Assembly: GCA_016213525.1 (NCBI GenBank)
Contig: JACRAE010000004.1
Coordinates: forward strand, 13,269 to 77,268
Direction of reading: 5' to 3'
DNA from: Candidatus Aenigmatarchaeota archaeon
GTDB taxonomy: Archaea > Aenigmatarchaeota > Aenigmatarchaeia > CG10238-14 > SCSR01
DNA length: 64,000 nt
Each line of letters begins with the position of its first letter. Positions within the stretch are counted from its first letter, which is position 1. The notes below the pieces were generated by a model. The model searched no databases. It was not told where the DNA came from and saw only the letters and a list, made by a program, of their open reading frames with translations. A program made the position numbers and the translations under genes. Positions 17,972-26,499 of this stretch are shown one piece after another.

Positions 17972-18988
17972 TTATTTTTTCATCTTGGCGTCCCAGTATC
18001 CGTTGACGCGCCTCATGACGTCGTACCACTCCGGGTGCGCCCTGTACCACTCGACTGACTTCAAGACGCCGTCCTTCAGACCCACCTTCGGCGACCACCC
18101 GAGGGCGTCCCTCGCCTTCTTCGATGACAGGTATTGGACGTTGATCTCCCCGGGGTTGTTCTTGCCGAGCACGACAGGCTTCATCTTGCCGCGCATCCCC
18201 ATGACGTCTATCACCAGGTTGGACATCTGCAGGACGCTCGTTGGCGTCTCCGTCCCGAGGTTGAACGTCTCGCCGTTTGATTTTTTCTTCTTCTGCGCCA
18301 CCGCCATTATCCCAGACACCGCATCGGTCACGTACATGTAGTCGCGCACCTGTCTTCCGTCCCCCCTTATCGTCGGTGGTTTGCCGCGCATTATCGACGA
18401 CACGAAGTCCGGGACAGCCCTTAGGATGTTCGTGTCCCTGCCACCGATCGTGTTGGACCATCTTATCTTGGCGGCCGGTGTCCCGTACGTTGAATGATAA
18501 GAATCTATCAGGACGTCCGCCGCCAGCTTGGACGCGTCGTATGGCGACTTCGCGGACAGCGCGTGCGACTCGTCTATCGGGACTCTCTGAGGCTCGCCGT
18601 AGACCTTGTCCGTGCTCGAGAACACCAGAAAATCCAGTGCGTCGGACTTTCTCAGCTTCTCCAGGAGGTTCAGGGTCCCAGTCGCGTTCACGTCGAAGAA
18701 CTCCCTAGGCATGCTGAAAGAATGTATAACCTGCGTCAGGGCGGCAAGGTGGAACACGACCTCCTGGTCCCTGACTGCGGATGAGAGAGTCTCTGGTCGG
18801 GTGAGGTTGCCCCTGAAAGCCCGCGTCTTCTTTATGACATGGTCTATGCCGCTGGTGCCTATCGCCCCCGAATCGTCTATAAGCACGCTGACTTTCGCGC
18901 CCTCTTCGAGGAGCTTCTCAGTCAGCCAAGACCCTATGAAGCCGCCCGCGCCAGTCACCAGCACGCGCCTGTCAGAAAATGAGGCCAT
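17972..18988 (-). CDS. SDR dehydratase, CDP-glucose 4,6-dehydratase (RfbG)-like
   Basis: VLVTGAGGFIGSWL, STDKVYG, YDASKLAAD, and WSNTIGGRDTNILRAVPDFVSSIMRGKPPTIR, which resembles the RfbG GNVIGGGD...IVPD...IR block. It lies directly downstream of rfbF. Trimmed to the ATG at 18988; the track's extension to 19129 overlaps rfbF. Confidence 0.6.
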   Translation of the reverse strand: MASFSDRRVLVTGAGGFIGSWLTEKLLEEGAKVSVLIDDSGAIGTSGIDHVIKKTRAFRGNLTRPETLSSAVRDQEVVFHLAALTQVIHSFSMPREFFDVNATGTLNLLEKLRKSDALDFLVFSSTDKVYGEPQRVPIDESHALSAKSPYDASKLAADVLIDSYHSTYGTPAAKIRWSNTIGGRDTNILRAVPDFVSSIMRGKPPTIRGDGRQVRDYMYVTDAVSGIMAVAQKKKKSNGETFNLGTETPTSVLQMSNLVIDVMGMRGKMKPVVLGKNNPGEINVQYLSSKKARDALGWSPKVGLKDGVLKSVEWYRAHPEWYDVMRRVNGYWDAKMKK

Positions 18989-19017
18989 ATTAAAAACGGT
19001 TGCTGGGAAGTATTTAT

Positions 19018-19770
19018 CTATTCCCATATTTTCCACGGGGGTCTGCTGAATTTCACCCCCGTCGTCCCGGTCTTTTCGCCGTTCCATATGTCGTTGAGCA
19101 TCTCGTACTCCTTGTACGTGTCCATGCACAGCCAGAAGCCGTCGTGCTCGAAGACCGCCAGCTGGCCCTCCTTGGACAGGCTCGTCAGGGGCTCCTCCTC
19201 GAGTACGGACTTCTCGTCCAGATAATCGAATATCTTCCTGTCAAAGACGAAGTAGCCGCCGTTGACTATCCCGGCCATCTTCGGCTTCTCCTTGAAGGAC
19301 TTTGCCAGCCCATCCTTGACCTCGATGATGCCGAACCTGGACATCGGGTGCACGCCGGTCAGGGTCGCCGTCTTCCCCATCTTCCTGTGGAACTCGAGCA
19401 GGGACTTGAGGTCCACATCCGACAGCCCGTCGCAGTAGTTGGCGAAGAACGTGTCGGACTCTATGAACTTTTCCGCCATCTTAATCCTGCCGCCCGTCTG
19501 CGTCTTCTCGCCCGTGTCGACGAACGTTATCCTGTAGTCCGGGTTCTTCCTCTTGAAGCCCTCGCTCGAAAAATACTCCCTTATCTGGGGCCCCCTGTAC
19601 CCGAGCAGCAGCACGAACCTCTTGAAACCCTGATGGGCGTAGATCTTCATCACGTGCTCGACGAGCGTCATCTCTCCTACCGGCACGAGTGGCTTCGGGA
19701 CCGTTTCTGTGAGCTCCCTGAGCCTCATTCCCTGGCCGCCGCACAGAATGACCGCCGGTATTTCGTCCAT
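19018..19770 (-). CDS. rfbF: Glucose-1-phosphate cytidylyltransferase
   Basis: AVILCGGQGMRLRELTETVPKPLVPVG...FVLLLGYRG..I.EYF...TFVDTGE.TQTGGRI...NYCDGLSDVD...HDGFWLCMDTYKE is the characteristic RfbF pattern. Trimmed to the ATG at 19770. Confidence 0.85.
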   Translation of the reverse strand: MDEIPAVILCGGQGMRLRELTETVPKPLVPVGEMTLVEHVMKIYAHQGFKRFVLLLGYRGPQIREYFSSEGFKRKNPDYRITFVDTGEKTQTGGRIKMAEKFIESDTFFANYCDGLSDVDLKSLLEFHRKMGKTATLTGVHPMSRFGIIEVKDGLAKSFKEKPKMAGIVNGGYFVFDRKIFDYLDEKSVLEEEPLTSLSKEGQLAVFEHDGFWLCMDTYKEYEMLNDIWNGEKTGTTGVKFSRPPWKIWE

Positions 19771-19809
19771 CGCAATCAATAGAATGTTTGATTTGGAACG
19801 TTTAAATCG

Positions 19810-20919
19810 TCAGCTGATTTTCTTCACGGTCTTCAGTATCTGCCTCGTCCGGTGCATGTAGGTGTGCTCGCCGTACGCCCTCCTCTGGCCGCGGGCCGCT
19901 ATCTTATCCCTCTCTTCCGGATTGTTCAGGTAGTAGTCGGCCTTGTCCGCCATGTCCTTGCCGTCGCGGAAGCACACGATCTCCCTGTCGAGCTTGAACA
20001 TCTTCTCTATGCCCTTCGGCAGGTCGTTCAGGAGGAAGGACCCGCAACCGGTGGCCTCGAAGACCCTAAGGTTGCCCTGCGTCCCGCCGTCCCTCATCAG
20101 GACGTGGTGTATGTTTATGATTATCTTAGACGAGTTGAATGCCTTCAACAGGTCGTTCCCATAGGCGCCCCGGCCGGTGCACTTCTTCCATATGTCGGTG
20201 GTCATCACCGTCCTCGCGGAATCCCCGAAGTTGAAGCTTCCCCTGTATTCGTCCATCTTCATGAGCCTGAAAAATGTCTTCATCATCGCGTTCTGCCTTG
20301 TCCATCTGGACCCCCATATCTTCAGGTCGTAGTCCCTGAGGGCTGAGAGCAGGACTACCCTCTCCGGGTAGCACGACCCCGCGAAGCATATGTCGCTTCC
20401 CAGGACCTTCCTGTCCTCGGCGGAGACTTTCATAGTCCTGTGGACGGATGGCTCGCAGGCGTATCCTATCCATTCGGCCTTGACGCCTATGTCATGATAG
20501 CTCTTTACCGAGTCGGTGGATGCGGTGAACACGTAGTCGTACGCCGGGGCGACATGCTTCGACAGGGCGTTGAAAAGCTGCGGGTCGTCCGGGGCCATGT
20601 TCACCACGGCCGCCCCGGTCTCCTTCCTTATCCACTCTATCGTCTCGTTCAGTATGGACTCGCCCTTCACAACGAGGACCAGGTCCGGCTTGAACTTCTT
20701 CACCTCGCTCTTCAGAAGGGTGTCGGGGTTCCTGAATCCCATCCTCTGCAGCCTCGGGTAGACGCTGGGGAGGCTGGTTATAGGCAGCTTCCCGAACACG
20801 TGGGTTGGGTTGGCCACGTAGTCATACGTCCCCACCGTGTGCCCGAGCCTCTTGAAGTTGTTCGCGAAAAAGAACGGTATCTCCCACGGCACCATGTGGC
20901 CTATTACGAAAACCCTCAT
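19810..20919 (-). CDS. Glycosyltransferase, CgeB-like (Glyco_trans_1_2 type)
   Basis: C-terminal ...NLRVFEATGCGSFLLNDLPKGIEKMF..REIVCFRD..D...K..YYL.NPEERDKIA..G...EHTY resembles CgeB/DUF3880-type GT-B enzymes. Confidence 0.5.
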   Translation of the reverse strand: MRVFVIGHMVPWEIPFFFANNFKRLGHTVGTYDYVANPTHVFGKLPITSLPSVYPRLQRMGFRNPDTLLKSEVKKFKPDLVLVVKGESILNETIEWIRKETGAAVVNMAPDDPQLFNALSKHVAPAYDYVFTASTDSVKSYHDIGVKAEWIGYACEPSVHRTMKVSAEDRKVLGSDICFAGSCYPERVVLLSALRDYDLKIWGSRWTRQNAMMKTFFRLMKMDEYRGSFNFGDSARTVMTTDIWKKCTGRGAYGNDLLKAFNSSKIIINIHHVLMRDGGTQGNLRVFEATGCGSFLLNDLPKGIEKMFKLDREIVCFRDGKDMADKADYYLNNPEERDKIAARGQRRAYGEHTYMHRTRQILKTVKKIS

Positions 20920-20923
20920 CCAA

Positions 20924-22027
20924 TCATCTCCTCAGACTTTCCTCGTATATCCTATTAAGTTTTCTGTTCCTCTCTCCGACGGAGAACTTGCCCCTCGCGA
21001 CCATGGCCGCGCCTTTCCTGGACATCATCCTCCTAACGGACGGATTGTCTATCATATAGGATATCTTACCCTCCAGGTCCTTCACAATCTCCGGCTTTTC
21101 CTGCCTGACGCCTTTGTTGAAATTTTCCCACGAGGTCTTGAATAGCATTCTGCGGTTGAACATCGTGCGCTTACCGGCGTCCACCGTCACGCCCGCCCCG
21201 CCGATGATCTCGGGTATCGCGAAGTTGTTCGACGCGACTATCGGTATGCCGGCGCTCATCGCCTCCAGGAACACCATGCCGAAAGTGTCTATGTAAGACG
21301 GCAGCACGAAGACGTCGGCCGACGAGAAATATTTCTTGATTAGCTCTTCCCTGGGTATGTTGGGCCTCACGAAATTGAATTGCCTGTATTTTTTCTGGAA
21401 CTCTCTGGGCACGTCGCTGACCATGTTCAGGTTGAAGTCGTACCTGTCTCTCAGTGCATCGCATGCCTCCAGGACCTCCTTACCTCCCTTCCCGAAGAAG
21501 CCCTGACCCACAAACAGGAGGTTAGTGATGGGGCCTTTCTCTTTCTTTATCTTGACGGGCATCATAGCCGGGTACACGACCTCAATCTTGTCGACGAATC
21601 CCCGGGTGCTCAGTCCATTCCTGACGGAGACCTCCCCTGCCTTGGTCCACGGCATTATTTTCTTGCAGTGCTCCGACGACAGGTATCTCTGCACCGTCGA
21701 CCTCACGCCCTCCAGCCTCCCAGACTCAAAACCGACGAAGGACGCGGCGTGCTCCAGGTCTATGACCCATGGCGCTTTGTTGGCCACGAGGAAGCCGCTG
21801 TTCGAATGTATCAGGTCCGTGCCGGCCGCGCAGTCCACCTGCACGACGTTGGGCTTCTTCATCAGGTTCGAATATAGCCTCCATCCCTTCCTCTTCACGA
21901 CGTTCATCATACCTGACTGACCGCGCGAAGACGTCGCCTTAGGTATAGTGTACTCGACACCCCTCGGCGGATGCCTCACAAGATCGTCGAACACGTGGTG
22001 GTAGCCGCGCCTCAGGCAGACCCTCAT
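20924..22027 (-). CDS. Glycosyltransferase, GT-B fold (GT4 family)
   Basis: ADVFVLPSYIDTFGMVFLEAMSAGIPIVASNNFAIPEIIGGAGVTVD. The start is set at the ATG at 22027, which forms an ATGA overlap with the upstream gene's stop. The track's 26-codon extension was rejected. Confidence 0.7.
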   Translation of the reverse strand: MRVCLRRGYHHVFDDLVRHPPRGVEYTIPKATSSRGQSGMMNVVKRKGWRLYSNLMKKPNVVQVDCAAGTDLIHSNSGFLVANKAPWVIDLEHAASFVGFESGRLEGVRSTVQRYLSSEHCKKIMPWTKAGEVSVRNGLSTRGFVDKIEVVYPAMMPVKIKKEKGPITNLLFVGQGFFGKGGKEVLEACDALRDRYDFNLNMVSDVPREFQKKYRQFNFVRPNIPREELIKKYFSSADVFVLPSYIDTFGMVFLEAMSAGIPIVASNNFAIPEIIGGAGVTVDAGKRTMFNRRMLFKTSWENFNKGVRQEKPEIVKDLEGKISYMIDNPSVRRMMSRKGAAMVARGKFSVGERNRKLNRIYEESLRR

Positions 22028-23175
22028 CTCTTTCCCCTCCCAATCTTCCTCTCGAGGTCCCTGTAGACTTTCAGGAGCTTCTCGCCCTGCTTCCTGTAGT
22101 GGCACCTCTCTTTGTAGATTCTCTTGGCCCTGGCCCCCAACTTAAGCCTCGTCTTCCTGTCGCCCGCCAGCCTCAGTATGGCGTCCTTCAGCGACTCCAC
22201 GTCCCCCGGCTTCGTCAGGACGCCAGCCCTCCCATAATCGAGTATCTTCGGTATCTCGGATATGTCGCTCGCCACTATGGCGCGGCCCATCGACATGGCC
22301 TCGAATATCTTGGCCGGCGTCTGCACCCTCGTGTACCGCGTGTCCCTGGTGGGAATCGCGTATATGTCGGACATCATCGTATAGTCGAGGGACTTCTCCC
22401 CCGTCCTCTTCTTCACCCATATAGTCTCGGGGCCCGACATCTTCTTGTAGGTCTCCGTCTCCTTGCCGAACTCGAAAAGGACCAGCCTGATGTCGTCCCT
22501 GCCCGTCCTCTTCACCGCCTCTATGAGGACGTCTATACCCTTGGTCTTGTAGAGCGTGCCTATGTAGGTCACGACTATCTTGCCCTGAAGACCCAGCCTC
22601 TTCCTCAGCTTCTCCGCGGACGACTTCTTCGGCATCTGAGCATCTATGTCTATCGGCGGGTATATGACGGTCCCGCCGTATATCTTCCTGAGTCCCTCGG
22701 ACGGGACGGTGACGGCGTCCGCCGACCGGTAGAACTTCTCGGACATCTCGAGTATTCCCCTCTTCACCGGGTTCTCCGGCGAGGCCTTGTCGAAGTCGTC
22801 TATAGTCAGCACGAGCGGCTTCCTTAGGATGCTCTTCGCAATCGAGCAGACCGGTATGGTGTGCGGGAGCAGCTTGAAGCAGTGTATGATGTCGAAGTCG
22901 TTCCTCATCAGCCTCGCGAGGTTTATCGGCACTGTGTTAATCATGCCGACCTGCACCGGCTTCCTTATGTGGGGCTCCAGGTTCTCTACGTCCATCCTCT
23001 TGTCTTCGATGAACATCTTTTTTCCGAAGGCCGCGCCTATTATTTTCACGTCGTATTTTTTCATGAGGATTTTGGCGTAGATGTAGGGAATCATATAGGC
23101 GCTCCCGCTGAGGGATGGCGCGACCATCAGTATCCTTTTCCTTCGCCCCGGAGACCTCGTCTTACTGCGGGACAT
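22024..23175 (-). CDS. Glycosyltransferase, GT-B fold (GT4 family)
   Basis: RILMVAPS... N-terminal domain, plus PAKIFEAMSMGRAIVASDISEIPKILDYGRAGVL. Confidence 0.7.
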   Translation of the reverse strand: MSRSKTRSPGRRKRILMVAPSLSGSAYMIPYIYAKILMKKYDVKIIGAAFGKKMFIEDKRMDVENLEPHIRKPVQVGMINTVPINLARLMRNDFDIIHCFKLLPHTIPVCSIAKSILRKPLVLTIDDFDKASPENPVKRGILEMSEKFYRSADAVTVPSEGLRKIYGGTVIYPPIDIDAQMPKKSSAEKLRKRLGLQGKIVVTYIGTLYKTKGIDVLIEAVKRTGRDDIRLVLFEFGKETETYKKMSGPETIWVKKRTGEKSLDYTMMSDIYAIPTRDTRYTRVQTPAKIFEAMSMGRAIVASDISEIPKILDYGRAGVLTKPGDVESLKDAILRLAGDRKTRLKLGARAKRIYKERCHYRKQGEKLLKVYRDLERKIGRGKR

Positions 23176-23176
23176 T

Positions 23177-24355
23177 TCAGGATCCCCTGCGCTGCTCGAT
23201 TGTTTCCATGTATGCCTTCACGTGGTCTTGCGCCACCTTGGACCAGGCCGAGAATTTTTTGGGCTTGGACATCCTCCTCCTCAGTGCCCCGTCGTTCACC
23301 ATCCTGAGAAGGGCGCGCTCTATGTCCTCGCCGCTCCTCTGCCTCACGAGGAGCGCATTCCTGCCCTCCTCAACTATCTCCTCGAGGCACGTCCCCCTCG
23401 TCACGACCACGGGGGTCCCTATCGATATGGACTCCGCGGCGGCGAGGCCGAAACCCTCGGTCAGCGACGGCATGACGAGGAAGTCCGACGCGCCTATCAG
23501 TTTTGACGCGAAGCTGTGCTCCACGGAGGGCTCCGCCAGTATGATCCCGTTCGTCAGGACCTCGGAGGAGTGCACTCGTTTTATGAAATTCTTGTACCCG
23601 CTCTCATGGGACCGGGAGAGCAGGAAAATAAACCTGAAGCTGTTCTTCGACTTCTTCAGCGCCGCCTCGAGACCGTCCAACATGTATTCTATGCCCTTGA
23701 AAACGGTGGCCTTACCGACGAAGCACCCCACAACCTCGTCGTCCCCTATTCCGTAGTTCTTCCTGAACGCCTTCCTGTCCCTCTTCGCCCGGGGGCTGAA
23801 TATGGACGAGTCTATGCCCGGCATTATCTTCTCCATCTTGGAATCCGGCACCCCGATTATCTCCTTCAGGTCCTTCCTCGTGTGCTCGGCCGCGATTATG
23901 TACTTGTCGAAGGGGAGCGAGAACAGGGTCCTCTCCTCCAGGAAGTAGAACGGGCCCTTGTGGCTCGCGAACTCGACCCACTCCTTCAGCGACCAGACCT
24001 CGTAGACGCTTATCACGCTGGGCGTCCGGGTCGTCGAGGAGAACAAAAACGACGGTATCATGGCGGAATACGTGCAGGTGTGAACTATGTCGTACCTATC
24101 GCGGCTCGACATCAGATGAGCGGAAGCCCCCATCAGGAACTGCTCCCTCGTTCTGCCGAACCTATGTATCTTGATTCCGTTCCACACCTCAAAGTCCTTC
24201 GAATCCCTCTCCTTGGACGTCACTACAGTCACGTCATGCCCAAGCTTCGCTACCTCCTGGCACAGGTTCTTGAAGACCGTGGGCACGCCCCCGACGTGCG
24301 GATAGAAAAAATCCAGAACGTACAGGACCCTGAGCTTGTTTCTAGTTTTTGGCAT
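23177..24355 (-). CDS. Glycosyltransferase, GT-B fold (GT4 family)
   Basis: LRVLYVLDFFYPHVGGVPTVF N-terminus, plus FLVMPSLTEGFGLAAAESISIGTPVVVTRGTCLEEIVEEGRNALLV. Confidence 0.75.
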   Translation of the reverse strand: MPKTRNKLRVLYVLDFFYPHVGGVPTVFKNLCQEVAKLGHDVTVVTSKERDSKDFEVWNGIKIHRFGRTREQFLMGASAHLMSSRDRYDIVHTCTYSAMIPSFLFSSTTRTPSVISVYEVWSLKEWVEFASHKGPFYFLEERTLFSLPFDKYIIAAEHTRKDLKEIIGVPDSKMEKIMPGIDSSIFSPRAKRDRKAFRKNYGIGDDEVVGCFVGKATVFKGIEYMLDGLEAALKKSKNSFRFIFLLSRSHESGYKNFIKRVHSSEVLTNGIILAEPSVEHSFASKLIGASDFLVMPSLTEGFGLAAAESISIGTPVVVTRGTCLEEIVEEGRNALLVRQRSGEDIERALLRMVNDGALRRRMSKPKKFSAWSKVAQDHVKAYMETIEQRRGS

Positions 24356-24370
24356 TCTAACAACCGACTG

Positions 24371-24379
24371 TATTTATAA
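24371..24379. promoter_or_regulatory. TATA-like element in a divergent intergenic region
   Basis: TATTTATAA lies in the 47-nt gap between the divergent starts at 24355 (-) and 24403 (+), about 24-32 nt from the plus-strand ATG. Confidence 0.3.
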
Positions 24380-24402
24380 CTTGGTCTTCTAACTTTAATC
24401 TT

Positions 24403-25491
24403 ATGTCGACTTTCTGGGACGGCAAGAACGTGCTCATCACAGGCTGTACGGGCTTCGTCGGGTCATGGCTCGCAGAGGCGCTTGTGGAGAGGGGGGCGAA
24501 CGTCAACGGCTTCGTGAGAATCCAATCGGGGACGACCACGAAAAACATAGACCACCTACTTGCGGGCAAAAAAATAACCCTGCATAGAGGCGATCTCAAC
24601 GACTCGGGTTCTATAGCCGATATAATAAAGAAGTCGGAATCGGAGGTCGTGTTCCACCTGGCGGCGCAGAGCTTCGTGCCTCAGAGCTTCGAGTCTCCCG
24701 TAGACACGTTCCGCGCCAACGTCATAGGCACGACCAACGTCCTGGACGCCGTGAAGCAGGTCGACAAGGACATAGGTGTTCATTTTGCGGGCAGCAGCGA
24801 GGAGTACGGACTGGTGATAGTTGACGACTCCCAGTACAAGAGAATGATAGACAGGTACAAAGTCATTCTCCCGGCGCCTGAAACTGACGGCGACGGAAAG
24901 ATAGTGCCCGAGACCCCGATAAAGGAGACGAACCCGATGAGGACGGTGGGCATATCACCCTACGGGTGCTCCAAGAGGATGGCCGAGGAGATATGCCGCA
25001 CCTACGCGTCCTGCTATGGAATGAACGTCTACGTGACGCGCGCCTTCAACCACACGGGCCCGAGGAGGGGCAGGGAGTTCGTGTCCAGCAGGATAACCGA
25101 GCAGGTCGCAGAGGGGGTGAAGAACGGCAAGAGGGAGATTGTGCTAGGCAACCTCGAGTCGATAAGGGACTTCAGCGACGTGCGCGACATAGTCCGCGGC
25201 TACATGGCGGCCGTGGAGAGGGGGGTGCCGGGCGACGTCTACAACCTCTGTAGCGGGAAGGGCACCAGCATAAGACAGCTGATGGAAATGGCGGTCTCTA
25301 TTGCGAAGAAGGACTTCGGCCTCGGCCATGAAATGGAGTACGTCGCAGACGAGAAGCTGATAAGGCCGGCGGAACTGCCAATCATAGTGGGAGACTGCAG
25401 CAAGGCGAGGAAGGACCTTGGATGGAAGTCGGAAGTCCCCCTCGAGAAGACGCTGGGGGACATGATAGGATTCTACTGCGAGAGGATCTAG
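24403..25491 (+). CDS. SDR NDP-sugar 4,6-dehydratase, GDP-mannose 4,6-dehydratase (Gmd)-like, with internal insertion
   Basis: VLITGCTGFVGSWL, GSSEEYG, YGCSKRMAE, and the Gmd-type block NHTGPRRGREFVSSRITEQV...LGNLESIRDFSDVRD. About 48 residues separate SSEEYG from SPYGCSK, which is longer than usual. Confidence 0.65.
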   Translation: MSTFWDGKNVLITGCTGFVGSWLAEALVERGANVNGFVRIQSGTTTKNIDHLLAGKKITLHRGDLNDSGSIADIIKKSESEVVFHLAAQSFVPQSFESPVDTFRANVIGTTNVLDAVKQVDKDIGVHFAGSSEEYGLVIVDDSQYKRMIDRYKVILPAPETDGDGKIVPETPIKETNPMRTVGISPYGCSKRMAEEICRTYASCYGMNVYVTRAFNHTGPRRGREFVSSRITEQVAEGVKNGKREIVLGNLESIRDFSDVRDIVRGYMAAVERGVPGDVYNLCSGKGTSIRQLMEMAVSIAKKDFGLGHEMEYVADEKLIRPAELPIIVGDCSKARKDLGWKSEVPLEKTLGDMIGFYCERI

Positions 25492-26468
25492 TTCTTCAGG
25501 TTCTTTATCTGATATGCCAGCATTCCCAGCAGGGTGGCGTAGGTCTTGACGTACTCCGCAGCAACCAGTTGCAGGAGTCCGAGGGGGCTCCTCTCGTTCT
25601 TGAGATAGTTCCACATGACGGCAGGGAAGAAATTGACGTATCCTAGGCCGAAGTGGAACAGCGCGGGCGCCACGACTGGAACCCAGATTAAACTCGGGAA
25701 AAGAAGGACCGCCGTTCCCGCGAACGGCATCAGGAAAATCATCTTGTCCATCTTCTTCCAGAGGACTCCCCTGTCGTACTTCCTGAACAGGTAGGCTCCG
25801 AACTCCCCCCGCTCGAACTGCTGCCTCTCAAAGCCTGTCATTGTGGAGCGGAAGTTGTGGTATATCTCGGCCTCGTTTGTCTTCACGAACCTGTATCCCC
25901 TCTCGCCGAGCCTCCAACATATCTCCAAGTCCTCCGCCGTTATCATCTTCGGATCGAACCCTCCGACTTCGAGGAGCGGCTTCTTCAGGAAGAGGCTGCT
26001 CGTTGTCGGGGCGAACGAGGCTGGTCCCGGATGCCCGGCCGTGTAGGCGGTCCCAGGCAGGTACCATAGGACCCTCGAGAGCCCGGACCGCGGCCTCAGC
26101 TGGTTGCCCGCGACCCCGACGACCTTTCCGCCAATGTGCTTCATCATGTTCTGTATCCAGTCCCTGTCCGCTATCTCGCAGTCGGAGTCTATCCACGCCA
26201 CGAGCGGGTGTTTGGCGAGCCTCAGCGCCTTGTTCCTGGCCTCCGCCCTGCCCCGCCTCTCCTTGAAGCGGAACACGCGGGCACCGAACTTCCTGGCTAT
26301 CTCCCAGCTCCCGTCGGTGGACCCGTCGTCCACAAAAACAACCTCGTACATGCTCTTCGGGTAGCTGATCTTCCCCAGGGAGGCGAAGAGCTTGGGCAGG
26401 TCATCCCTGGCGTTCCTTGACGCAATCAGTATCGATACCTTCCGTTTCTTCTCTGCCATTTTAATCAT
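25488..26468 (-). CDS. Glycosyltransferase family 2 with C-terminal TM segments
   Basis: VSILIASRNARDDL...YEVVFVDDGSTDGS...WIDSDCE (DxD region), plus hydrophobic C-terminal helices. Trimmed to the ATG at 26468 (or 26459); the track's extension to 26705 overlaps the divergent gene. Confidence 0.75.
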   Translation of the reverse strand: MIKMAEKKRKVSILIASRNARDDLPKLFASLGKISYPKSMYEVVFVDDGSTDGSWEIARKFGARVFRFKERRGRAEARNKALRLAKHPLVAWIDSDCEIADRDWIQNMMKHIGGKVVGVAGNQLRPRSGLSRVLWYLPGTAYTAGHPGPASFAPTTSSLFLKKPLLEVGGFDPKMITAEDLEICWRLGERGYRFVKTNEAEIYHNFRSTMTGFERQQFERGEFGAYLFRKYDRGVLWKKMDKMIFLMPFAGTAVLLFPSLIWVPVVAPALFHFGLGYVNFFPAVMWNYLKNERSPLGLLQLVAAEYVKTYATLLGMLAYQIKNLKN

Positions 26469-26499
26469 ACTTATAAACGGCTCAATATAATTCTCTTGT

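Noticed and set aside
18989-19129. 5' extensions of several track ORFs: 17972..19129, 20924..22105, 25488..26705, 41790.., 52015..53076, 55260..56405 and 62069..63052.
   Set aside because: Each extension overlaps the neighbouring gene's coding sequence and adds R/G/E-rich residues ahead of a canonical Rossmann or GT N-terminus. In each case an internal ATG sits 0-30 nt from the upstream gene's stop, often as an ATGA overlap.
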